A DNA stretch of 64,000 nt from Candidatus Thalassarchaeaceae archaeon (GTDB taxonomy: Archaea > Thermoplasmatota > Poseidoniia > Poseidoniales > Thalassarchaeaceae), in contig JASLKP010000004.1 in NCBI GenBank assembly GCA_030747485.1, positions 5,244 through 69,243 of the forward strand, given 5' to 3'. The notes beneath the pieces were generated by a model that was not told the origin of the DNA, ran no database searches, and saw nothing but the letters and a program-made list of their open reading frames with translations. The position numbers were made by a program, and so were the translations under genes. Of this stretch, positions 56,304 through 64,000 are shown one piece after another. Positions within the stretch are counted from its first letter, which is position 1. The number at the start of each line of letters is the position of its first letter.

Positions 56304-56325
56304 GAGGATTGCGTAACGAATCCTC
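56304..56325. promoter_or_regulatory. Second inverted repeat upstream of the metal ATPase
   Basis: GAGGATT-gcgtaacg-AATCCTC is a 7-bp stem. It is followed by TCGATTTTTAAT, which echoes TCGATTTTTCAAT in the first palindrome. Confidence 0.3.
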
Positions 56326-56376
56326 CTCGATTTTTAATCCAAGTGTTCAAACCTACTTCCCGATTCGCCGAATCTC

Positions 56377-59130
56377 ATGGGCGCTTCCGATGACTCGGAT
56401 GATTTCATTCTCATTGATGGAGATACGGATACGAATTCACCACCAGGTGTGGATATTGTACCATCAACTAAATCTACAGAAAAATCTGAATCAACAACTC
56501 TTCGCAAGCGATTAAAGAGCATTGCAACTGGTGTTACAGACCAAGTTGAAGCAGTTAAGGATCGGTTGAAACCACGAATGTCTACAGATGAACATGGTGA
56601 TGAATCAGACGCTCCCCCTCTAGAGGACTTTACATTTTCATTGGATGGTTATTACTCGTTTGAATGGCCGATTCGAGGAATGGATTGTCCAGATTGTGCA
56701 TCTAAGGCATCAAGAGCCGTAAACCGATTACCGGGCATCAAAAAGTCAGTCATCTCTGCAACAATGGGAACTGTAAACATTACTCTTGATCTAGGTGCTG
56801 GAAATCTAGGGAAAGTAGGAGCTGTGTTGGCAAATTTAGGACACGAGGCGGATCTTCCTTGGCAGAAATTATCGGGTGTGAATGCATCAGGATTGATGAA
56901 TAAACATGGAGTATCTAGGAAGGAATTGAAGCAATTATTCGCCAATATCCCAGGTGTCTTGGATGTACGCTTTGAGGATGCATCCATCCAATTACAAATT
57001 GTTCTAGAGATGAGTTCCAATGTGCGTGGTGATATGAATACTGCACTTGAACTGCTACTTGGTAGCCCCGCATCAATGCAGGAAATTTCAGATACAAGAC
57101 TTAATTCATCACAGTGGCGTCTCATTTTGACAATTCCGGCAATTGCAATCCTTATCACAATTCTAGCAATGAAAGATTTGAATCAATCAGTTGTATTATC
57201 CATCACATTACTGGGGGTTGGACTTTCTGGTTGGCGGATGTTTGCTGAGGCTTGGGCAGGAATTCGAAACCAAGAACTGGGGTTCCAACTTCTCACCTCA
57301 CTTGCTGTCATAGGAGCACTATTTGGCAAAGCATGGTCAGAGGCATTGATTGTATCGATATTGGTCGCGATTGCCAGTCATATGGAAGAAGCAGCTCTGC
57401 GTAAAGCGAGAGAGGCTATGCAAGGTGGACTAAATCGCTTACCTCGTCAAGCACGCTTAACTACGCCCCCGAAGTCCATTGCATCAAAGGCAATTGGAAA
57501 AATTACTGCATCTGTAGAGAAAATCACATCTAATTTAGCACCCTTACAGAATATTGCCCCCACTTTACCAAATTGTGATGATGGTATGGTCCCTATTGAT
57601 TCGTTAAGTGTTGGTGATTTTGTAGAAATTCGCAGTGGAGAAATCGTTCCAGTAGATGGTCTCGTCATTGAGGGCATTGGTTCGCTGAATCGCGCTCCTT
57701 TGACTGGTGAGAGTATCCCTATTCGAATCGATTCAGGTGATACAGTCCATGCGGGTCTTGTTTTAGATCGTGGACCCATAGTCGTTGAAGCCACTGCAAT
57801 TGGAGGGGAGACTCTACTTTCTGGATTAATTGATGAGGTACGTACTTACCGAGAAGTCCCACCACGAATACAAGGAACAGTTGAACAATTTTCACGTGTG
57901 TGGGTTCCGTTTGTTTTGATTGGAGCAGTGTTTGCCGGTTTAGTCATGAATGACTATAGAATCATGTTACTGCTTTGGGTCGTTGCTTGTCCCTGCGCGC
58001 TCTTGTTAGCAGCACCGGTACCCCACGCAGCGGCACTTTCCACAGCATCCCGAACTGGAATAATTGCTAGAGGTGGTGATGCATTAGAAGCAGCATCTCG
58101 TATTGATTTAGCATTACTCGATAAGACCGGGACTCTCACAAGTGGTCATCCTCGCTTGGATCAAATCTTGCTTGTTGATGGTATCGAAAGAAAGCATGCA
58201 TTACGTTTAGCAGCGGGTATTGAGGCTCGTTCCAATCATCCCTATGCTGCAGCCATCATTAAACTCGCAGAAAAAGAGTCAGCACCACCTTTGTCCGTCA
58301 CTAAAATCACCGATGGACGAGCAGGAGTTGAAGGTTCATTGAAGGGCAAATCAGTTTGTTTTGGTCGACCTGATTGGTTAGGTGAACAAGGCATTCAAAT
58401 TCCTTCAGAATTAATTATTGATGTGCCCGAGGGACACGGTTTTTCTGTACTTTCAGAAGATGGTAAAGCAATTGCAGCCTTCACGTTTATTCACGATGAT
58501 TTGCGTGAAGGTGCAGCTGAAATGATTCATGATTTACGTGCAATGGGTGTGGCCGTTGAATTACTTTCAGGTGACGCTCAATCAGCAGTTGAAGCACTTG
58601 GTCGAGAAGTGGGTGTTGTCGCTGGACATTGCCGTGGAGAAATTGATCCAAAGGGTAAGGCGGTTTGGGTTGAGCGTAGAAGTCAAGGCCGTCACACCTT
58701 GATGGCCGGTGACGGTTTCAATGATGCAGCGGCATTGGCTGTGGCCGATCTCGGTATTGCAGTTGGGAGTGGTGAACAGGTAAATCTCGACGCGGCTGAT
58801 GTTCTCATTCCAGGCGAAGACCCTCGTTCGATTGCCAATTTCGTTAAGTTATCTAGACGTACTCGAACAATTGTTCAGACAAATGTATTCATCTCTATTG
58901 CCGTGACAGTGATTCTTATTCTTTCTGTGTTAACCAAATGGCAAACGAGTCTTTGGGTTGGTGTGGCTATTCATGAAGCGAGTGCATTCTTAGTGATTTT
59001 AAATGGGGCTTTTGTGGCTGCCACAGGTAATAGATTACAGTTGCTTCTTGAGATATTTGGTGACCTATTCAGAGATTATACGGATGCATTGAAGATGCTC
59101 CTATCAAAGCCAGAATCCTCTTCAGTCTGA
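56377..59130 (+). CDS. P1B-type heavy-metal-translocating ATPase
   Basis: HMA domain GMDCPDCASKASRAVNRLPGI, TGES, TM6 ACPCALLLAAP, DKTGTLT and GDGFNDAAAL. The last TM reads AIHEASAFLVILN, which is not the Cu-type MxxSS, so metal specificity is unresolved. Confidence 0.9.
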   Translation: MGASDDSDDFILIDGDTDTNSPPGVDIVPSTKSTEKSESTTLRKRLKSIATGVTDQVEAVKDRLKPRMSTDEHGDESDAPPLEDFTFSLDGYYSFEWPIRGMDCPDCASKASRAVNRLPGIKKSVISATMGTVNITLDLGAGNLGKVGAVLANLGHEADLPWQKLSGVNASGLMNKHGVSRKELKQLFANIPGVLDVRFEDASIQLQIVLEMSSNVRGDMNTALELLLGSPASMQEISDTRLNSSQWRLILTIPAIAILITILAMKDLNQSVVLSITLLGVGLSGWRMFAEAWAGIRNQELGFQLLTSLAVIGALFGKAWSEALIVSILVAIASHMEEAALRKAREAMQGGLNRLPRQARLTTPPKSIASKAIGKITASVEKITSNLAPLQNIAPTLPNCDDGMVPIDSLSVGDFVEIRSGEIVPVDGLVIEGIGSLNRAPLTGESIPIRIDSGDTVHAGLVLDRGPIVVEATAIGGETLLSGLIDEVRTYREVPPRIQGTVEQFSRVWVPFVLIGAVFAGLVMNDYRIMLLLWVVACPCALLLAAPVPHAAALSTASRTGIIARGGDALEAASRIDLALLDKTGTLTSGHPRLDQILLVDGIERKHALRLAAGIEARSNHPYAAAIIKLAEKESAPPLSVTKITDGRAGVEGSLKGKSVCFGRPDWLGEQGIQIPSELIIDVPEGHGFSVLSEDGKAIAAFTFIHDDLREGAAEMIHDLRAMGVAVELLSGDAQSAVEALGREVGVVAGHCRGEIDPKGKAVWVERRSQGRHTLMAGDGFNDAAALAVADLGIAVGSGEQVNLDAADVLIPGEDPRSIANFVKLSRRTRTIVQTNVFISIAVTVILILSVLTKWQTSLWVGVAIHEASAFLVILNGAFVAATGNRLQLLLEIFGDLFRDYTDALKMLLSKPESSSV

Positions 59131-59190
59131 GATTGCACCTGTCGCGGGCTTGATATATGCGGATTGAAGACCAGATTCCGAGGCTGTCCG

Positions 59191-59661
59191 ATGAGCAAGA
59201 TTCGAGTCGATGGACAGACGATGGCTCTGTCACATCCTACTCGTCGTGCGGTCTACGAAGCGCTTCTCAATGCCGACGAGTTGTCGACAGTTATGTTACA
59301 GAAATCCACAGGTGTAACGCGTTACCATCTCTACCATCATTTACAATCATTGCAGAAGAATAACTTGGTTGAAAATCATCGTGATGAAGGCCGTGCTCGT
59401 TGGTGGAGAGTCAAAGAGAGAGTTGTTCTCAATAATGCCCCTAGCAATGATTGGGTCGGAAATCTATCTCCAGAAGTTCAAAATTTATTGGAAGGTGGGG
59501 CCGATGTCCATTTCATCCCCTTACAAAATGATTCTAGTTCCATCGCTGCTACTAGAAGTGTCATTGAAGATATTGCTGAAGTCAATGGTGTGGAGTTGGA
59601 TATGGCGGTTACGTTCATGCCAAATGGCATTCTAGTCATTGGTCCAAAACGTCGTTCATGA
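59191..59661 (+). CDS. ArsR/SmtB-family winged-helix regulator with C-terminal extra domain
   Basis: LSHPTRRAVYEALLNADELSTVMLQKSTGVTRYHLYHHLQSLQKNNLV. The ATG at 59191 lies within an ORF that opens at TTG 59164. Confidence 0.75.
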   Translation: MSKIRVDGQTMALSHPTRRAVYEALLNADELSTVMLQKSTGVTRYHLYHHLQSLQKNNLVENHRDEGRARWWRVKERVVLNNAPSNDWVGNLSPEVQNLLEGGADVHFIPLQNDSSSIAATRSVIEDIAEVNGVELDMAVTFMPNGILVIGPKRRS

Positions 59662-59670
59662 GGTGAAAAT

Positions 59671-60066
59671 ATGAGTGATGAACCAGTAGAAATAGAATCT
59701 AAAATTGCGCCACCCAACATCAACTGCCCTCATTGTGATAGTATGCTCAGTCATCGCTTAGGAGAGATCACTTGCACCGTTTGCACTGCGGTAGTCAGAG
59801 TAGATCACAAACCAACGAGGGACGATTGGATTGATGAGAAGGTATCTTGCCCATCGTGCACAAAGGTCCTACGAGTGGGTGTCGATGAGAGACCATGTGC
59901 ACTTCGCTGCTCTGCATGTGAAACGGTCTTCAAAGTGGTTCGTAAAGTTGTCAAAGTGGAGGTCACGTGCCCCTCTTGCGATCGCCAGTTACGAATCCGC
60001 CCCAGAGCAGGAACTCGCAAACTCACGTGTCCTGCATGTACTGATACTTTCAACGTCACATTTTGA
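59671..60066 (+). CDS. Triple zinc-ribbon protein
   Basis: There are three ~40-aa repeats, each with CPxC ... CxxC: CPHC/CTVC, CPSC/CSAC (plus one extra Cys), and CPSC/CPAC. Confidence 0.65.
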   Translation: MSDEPVEIESKIAPPNINCPHCDSMLSHRLGEITCTVCTAVVRVDHKPTRDDWIDEKVSCPSCTKVLRVGVDERPCALRCSACETVFKVVRKVVKVEVTCPSCDRQLRIRPRAGTRKLTCPACTDTFNVTF

Positions 60067-60112
60067 TTTTCATTCTCCAGAAAATTGAGTCGTAAACAAT
60101 GTCGGTGATACG

Positions 60113-61030
60113 ATGAAGACGACTTTCAAACTGATGGGGATTGCTGATTGGATTACACTAGGAAATGGATTGTTTGGCACCCTGTCCTTACTGTTCATGA
60201 TGCTAGCATTTGATGGATTTGCCTCTCCAGATGGCAGCCATCTGACAGAAGTTTACATTTGGTTGGCGATGCTGTTTATTCTTCTATCGGCATTAGGTGA
60301 CGTGATTGATGGCCCCATCGCACGGCGCTATTCCAAGAACCGCTATCTTGGTAGTTATCTTGACCTTATGTCTGATTCAGTATCTTTTGGTATTGCCCCA
60401 GCATTACTCGTGTTTGGAATGTTTAGTCGATGGGGGGAGGCTACACCTTACTGGACTATACCACTAGGTTTTGCTTGTTGTTGGGTTGTTATTTCAGCCA
60501 TGTTACGTTTAGCTCGTTTCCAACACGAATCAGATGATGCATATCCTTGGTTCCATGGTCTAGCAAGTCCTGGAAATGCGCTTCTGTTGGTCTCGCTATC
60601 TGGATTGGTTTGGATTCAACCTGAAGCGATTGGTCCTGCCCCTTTTGAATGGCAATTTGGAATTGGAGATCACCCAGCATTGGATTGGTTGTTATTCCCT
60701 GGATGTATGTTATCTGGAATGTTGATGATTTCTGATCGAAGATTACCTAAACATAAGGGTGGATTAGGACTCAAACTTACTATCCTCATGTTTGTGTCAA
60801 TATTTAGTGCAGTTTGTATTCAAATTGCTGGCCATTCAACCGGTTTGGGAGCCGATACCTCATTCACCCTATTTGCCATCTCGTTTGGTATCATTGTTAT
60901 TCACATAGTTACTGGTCCTAAATTATGTGAAATTGATTGGAATTCAACAGATGACCAAATTGAAGGTGCAATGACAATGATTCTAGATACTGCAGACTCT
61001 GTTTTTGGCGCAAATCATGAATCTGAGTAA
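60113..61030 (+). CDS. CDP-alcohol phosphatidyltransferase family enzyme (archaetidylserine/-inositol-phosphate synthase-like)
   Basis: Exact family motif DVIDGPIARRYSKNRYLGSYLDLMSD (Dx2DGx2ARx8Gx3Dx3D). The protein is a multi-TM protein. Confidence 0.82.
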   Translation: MKTTFKLMGIADWITLGNGLFGTLSLLFMMLAFDGFASPDGSHLTEVYIWLAMLFILLSALGDVIDGPIARRYSKNRYLGSYLDLMSDSVSFGIAPALLVFGMFSRWGEATPYWTIPLGFACCWVVISAMLRLARFQHESDDAYPWFHGLASPGNALLLVSLSGLVWIQPEAIGPAPFEWQFGIGDHPALDWLLFPGCMLSGMLMISDRRLPKHKGGLGLKLTILMFVSIFSAVCIQIAGHSTGLGADTSFTLFAISFGIIVIHIVTGPKLCEIDWNSTDDQIEGAMTMILDTADSVFGANHESE

Positions 61031-61150
61031 CAAAATAATTTCTTGTGGAAAGTCATTCCCCGCGCATCTCATAGGGTCCGATAATCTACTCCTGCGGATT
61101 GTTCAAACCTGTGCTGGTTAAGTATCAGAAGAAGTCGAACCGGCTCGGGG

Positions 61151-63757
61151 ATGGGACCCTTGAGTGTTAGCAGGGATAAATTGTCAGAATTAAGATCAAG
61201 ATTCACGGTTGGTGAATCTGAGCAACCTGAACTCCGTGCATTGCGTACTGAGGCCACACATGATATTGCCCCATCACTTGATCATGTTCAAACTCTTGAT
61301 GACAAATTACAGGACGAACAACGAATGCGTGCTTCGTTGAAGCGAGAACGTCGTTTACGAATGCAAGAACAGGCTGAGAGATTGGCTGGGATGAAAGGTG
61401 CTCTTTCAAAAACAGTTGAGATGCAGACTGAAGGTGCGCTTGCTGAGATTGAAGCAGAACTTCGAACGAATCTGGAAGATGAGTTACAACGATTAGAACG
61501 AGATGTACTAGAGAGAGAAGAATCCGCATTAAGAGATGAAATGAAACTCCGCCTTACACGAGAGGAAGAATCAATTCGTTCACGTCTGGAACTTGAATCC
61601 ACACGTCGCCTTGAAGCACGTAAGGGTCAACTTCGTGAAAGTCTCAAAGAAGAAATGGATTCAGAATTTGATCGACGAAGAGCTTTCTTAGAAGAGAGGC
61701 TAGAAATTGAGGCAAGTCAAGAGATGCAGCGTCAGATTCGCCAGGTAGAAGAAGAACTCAAGTCTGAAATGGCAGGCCGCCTTGATGATGAAGAACGCAC
61801 TCAGGCACGCCGAATTGAAGATGCTCAACAGGCTAGGCTTGCAGAACGTGAGATGCAACTTCGTGACGGCATCCGTCGTCGTTTAGAACAACAACTTCGA
61901 CAACGATTGCGCGAGCGTGAGGCACGCTTACGCGCGGAGTATGAACGACAGGCTCACCGATTAGAAGAGGAGATTGCTCAAGAACTCGCAACAGAGCTGG
62001 AGAGTCGCCTAACACAGGAAACCGAACGCTTAGAATCACGAATGCAAGATGATTTGGAAATTGCCGTAGCTCGCAGGCGCGAGGATTTACAAGCATCGAT
62101 TCTGAAAAACTTGAACAATCAATACGGTGAACGACTTGCTCTTCGGAAGCAGCGTCTAAAAGAGAGATATGATGTTTCATTCAGTCACTCAATCGATGAA
62201 ATCGATCGCGCTTTACACATTGAGTTGGAAGAAAGTATCCGAGAACAAACTGAATCAGATTTCAAACAATATCAATTGGATCGAGAGGCTGAAATTACTC
62301 AGAAACTCAGCCAATTCAGACATGATCGAGAGAACGAACAACGTCAACAATTGTCCGAACAATATGAGGAGAAGAAGACCTCATGGATTTCACAGATTGA
62401 ATCTGAATTTACAGCACGTCAGCAGGCTGCAGAACGACAAATAATGGCTGAAATAGATTCTCGTGTTCGAAATGAACGTATTGCTAAAGAAACAAACCTT
62501 GATTTGATTAAACAGGAAACAGCGCTTGATTTAGAGGTCGAGATGGAGGCAGAATTAGCATCCTTCAGAGCCCAGAAAGAGCAGGATGTTGCAGATCAAC
62601 TTGAGAGGCAGGTCGCCAAGCGTGAAGAGATTATGCGCAACAAGGCCCTTATTGAAGTTCGACGTAAGGAATCAGAAATCCGAGCTGAGATTGAAGCACA
62701 ACTTGCTATTAAGCGTGCAGAGATTAGAGAACGATTGAACCAATTAGAATCCAGAGCCGAGGAATTCCGTGCAGCAGCAGAGGAGAAACTCCGAGTTGAA
62801 CTTGAGAAGGGTCTAATCACAGAGGAAGACCTTGAGGCAGAAGCCCAACTCAAGATGGCAGAAGAAACAGCCGAACTTGAAAGTAAGGATTCACGCATGG
62901 GCCGTAGACAGGCATGGATGGATGCTCTTCAGGGTGCTAAAGGACAGATGCCTGGAACTGCTTCTGGAGCCCAGTCTACCCTGGGTCAACCAAGTGGTGG
63001 ATTGGGTGGATTAGCCCGTCCTGGTGGTCTTGGTTCACGTCCAACGACTGGTACGCAAACACCACCACAAACTCTCGCAGCACCAGTGCATTCACCTGTT
63101 AAACCAACTGGTGGTGGTTTGGGAAGCCGTCTTGGAGGAGCATTAGGGGCGAAGCCAAGTGGTGGCGGTCTTGGTGGTCTTAAACCCGTACGTCAACCAA
63201 TTCAAACACCTGAAGTTGAATCTATTCCCGAAGAATCTGTTGAACAAGTTATACCAGAAACAGAACAAATGACTGAAGAAGAATTTGATGAAGATCCAGA
63301 AGAGGTTGTTGAAGAACAGCCCACAACAACGTCAATGATTCTAGGTGCAATCGCTGAAGAAGTTGTAGAGGAAGAATCATTGGTGGCAGAAACAGAACTC
63401 CCTGAAGAATTCTCTACCCAATCAAGAGGACCACCAGGTGGCGGCCGATTGATTCGAGATGGTGCTCCTAAGCGACCAGCTGGTGGACCACCCTCCCGCG
63501 GCCCTCCTGTACTTGAATCTGAAGAGGCACTTGAAGAGGAAGAAGAGGGTGGATTGACCATATTGAAACCCATCGCTCGACCAGTTCTCCAGCCCTCACC
63601 AACGAGTACGCGCAAGGTTCTCGAACCAGTAGAATCAGAGCGTAGAGTATTGACTCCAGTACAAGATGATGGCGACTCAAATATGACTATCCTCAAGCCA
63701 GTTGAACGGACAATATTGAAACCCGCTGAGTCCTCTTCTGTAGATGAAGAAGAGTGA
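61151..63757 (+). CDS. 868-aa Glu/Arg-rich coiled-coil protein with Gly/Pro-rich and acidic C-terminal region
   Basis: About 580 aa of uninterrupted E/R/L/Q heptad-like sequence (for example LEDELQRLERDVLEREESALRDEM). This is followed by GGLGG repeats, acidic stretches and three (T)ILKP motifs. No TM is present. It ends in VDEEE. Confidence 0.75.
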   Translation: MGPLSVSRDKLSELRSRFTVGESEQPELRALRTEATHDIAPSLDHVQTLDDKLQDEQRMRASLKRERRLRMQEQAERLAGMKGALSKTVEMQTEGALAEIEAELRTNLEDELQRLERDVLEREESALRDEMKLRLTREEESIRSRLELESTRRLEARKGQLRESLKEEMDSEFDRRRAFLEERLEIEASQEMQRQIRQVEEELKSEMAGRLDDEERTQARRIEDAQQARLAEREMQLRDGIRRRLEQQLRQRLREREARLRAEYERQAHRLEEEIAQELATELESRLTQETERLESRMQDDLEIAVARRREDLQASILKNLNNQYGERLALRKQRLKERYDVSFSHSIDEIDRALHIELEESIREQTESDFKQYQLDREAEITQKLSQFRHDRENEQRQQLSEQYEEKKTSWISQIESEFTARQQAAERQIMAEIDSRVRNERIAKETNLDLIKQETALDLEVEMEAELASFRAQKEQDVADQLERQVAKREEIMRNKALIEVRRKESEIRAEIEAQLAIKRAEIRERLNQLESRAEEFRAAAEEKLRVELEKGLITEEDLEAEAQLKMAEETAELESKDSRMGRRQAWMDALQGAKGQMPGTASGAQSTLGQPSGGLGGLARPGGLGSRPTTGTQTPPQTLAAPVHSPVKPTGGGLGSRLGGALGAKPSGGGLGGLKPVRQPIQTPEVESIPEESVEQVIPETEQMTEEEFDEDPEEVVEEQPTTTSMILGAIAEEVVEEESLVAETELPEEFSTQSRGPPGGGRLIRDGAPKRPAGGPPSRGPPVLESEEALEEEEEGGLTILKPIARPVLQPSPTSTRKVLEPVESERRVLTPVQDDGDSNMTILKPVERTILKPAESSSVDEEE

Positions 63758-63777
63758 GATTGGCAGCATTAATGGCG

Positions 63778-63785
63778 TTATTTTT
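63778..63785 (+). terminator. Oligo-T tract after the coiled-coil gene
   Basis: TTATTTTT lies 21 nt after the stop codon. Archaeal termination commonly uses T-runs. Confidence 0.25.
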
Positions 63786-63836
63786 CATAACCAACCATGC
63801 GCTCGATTCAAAGGCAGAGCCTCTTCTCGTTAGTAT

Positions 63837-64000
63837 ATGCGCGCGCGAGGAACATCGGCCATTTTGGTGATATTACTCGTTTCCGTCTTACTTCCATTCG
63901 CTCCATCTGCAAGTGCCTCATTAGACGAACTTGGACATGCTGGTGAAGTATCTGAATTGAATGGTTCTGCTATTGGATGGTGGGAATTGACCAATGGGAA
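63837..64000 (+). CDS. Secreted protein, 3'-truncated by the window edge
   Basis: ATG 63837 opens MRARGTSAILVILLVSVLLPFAPSASASLDELGHAGE..., a classic signal peptide. The frame stays open to the end of the window. It is absent from the ORF track because it is short. Confidence 0.5.
   Translation, partial: MRARGTSAILVILLVSVLLPFAPSASASLDELGHAGEVSELNGSAIGWWELTNG

Noticed and set aside
1-64000. A search by eye for CRISPR arrays, rRNA genes, IS elements, inteins in PolB, and long tandem DNA repeats.
   Set aside because: No regularly spaced direct repeats, rRNA-like conserved blocks, transposase motifs or intein blocks were seen. All intergenic gaps are shorter than ~150 bp.

Overview
This is a densely coding window of about 57 protein genes and 3 tRNAs, with no rRNA, CRISPR array or obvious mobile element. 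It is a chromosomal segment from an aerobic archaeon. The archaeal assignment rests on FEN1, family-B DNA polymerase, a GINS51-like protein, EF-1alpha plus S10, S8e plus SRP19, Sec61-beta, a Trm11-type THUMP methyltransferase and a Xer-type recombinase. These sit among bacterial-looking metabolic genes (fused RibD, PepC, a DAG-kinase-like lipid kinase, a P1B metal ATPase). There is also a complete A-type heme-copper oxidase cluster (coxB-coxA-coxC-coxD-like, tRNA-Ser, SCO1). By inference only, the gene content, moderate GC and many large sequon-rich surface proteins fit planktonic marine Thermoplasmatota (Marine Group II/III-like). The leads most worth following are listed here. (1) An operon-like run encodes a SAP/HeH-motif membrane protein, a ParA/Soj ATPase and a small protein that keeps only the ParB N-terminal LGRGL peptide. 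(2) Four unrelated proteins end in a genomically encoded oligo-Glu C-terminus (SEEE/EEEE), and the window also holds an orphan RimK-family ligase fused to an RCK_C domain. (3) The oxidase cluster is unusual: CoxI has a fused secreted N-terminal module, SCO1 has a large insertion, and several subunits carry His-rich tails. (4) Two lysine-rich, H1-like candidate nucleoid proteins are present. (5) There is a 2066-aa surface protein and an 868-aa Glu/Arg coiled-coil protein. (6) Perfect palindromes lie upstream of a metal-efflux locus. All functional calls come from motif recognition by eye; no database search was run.
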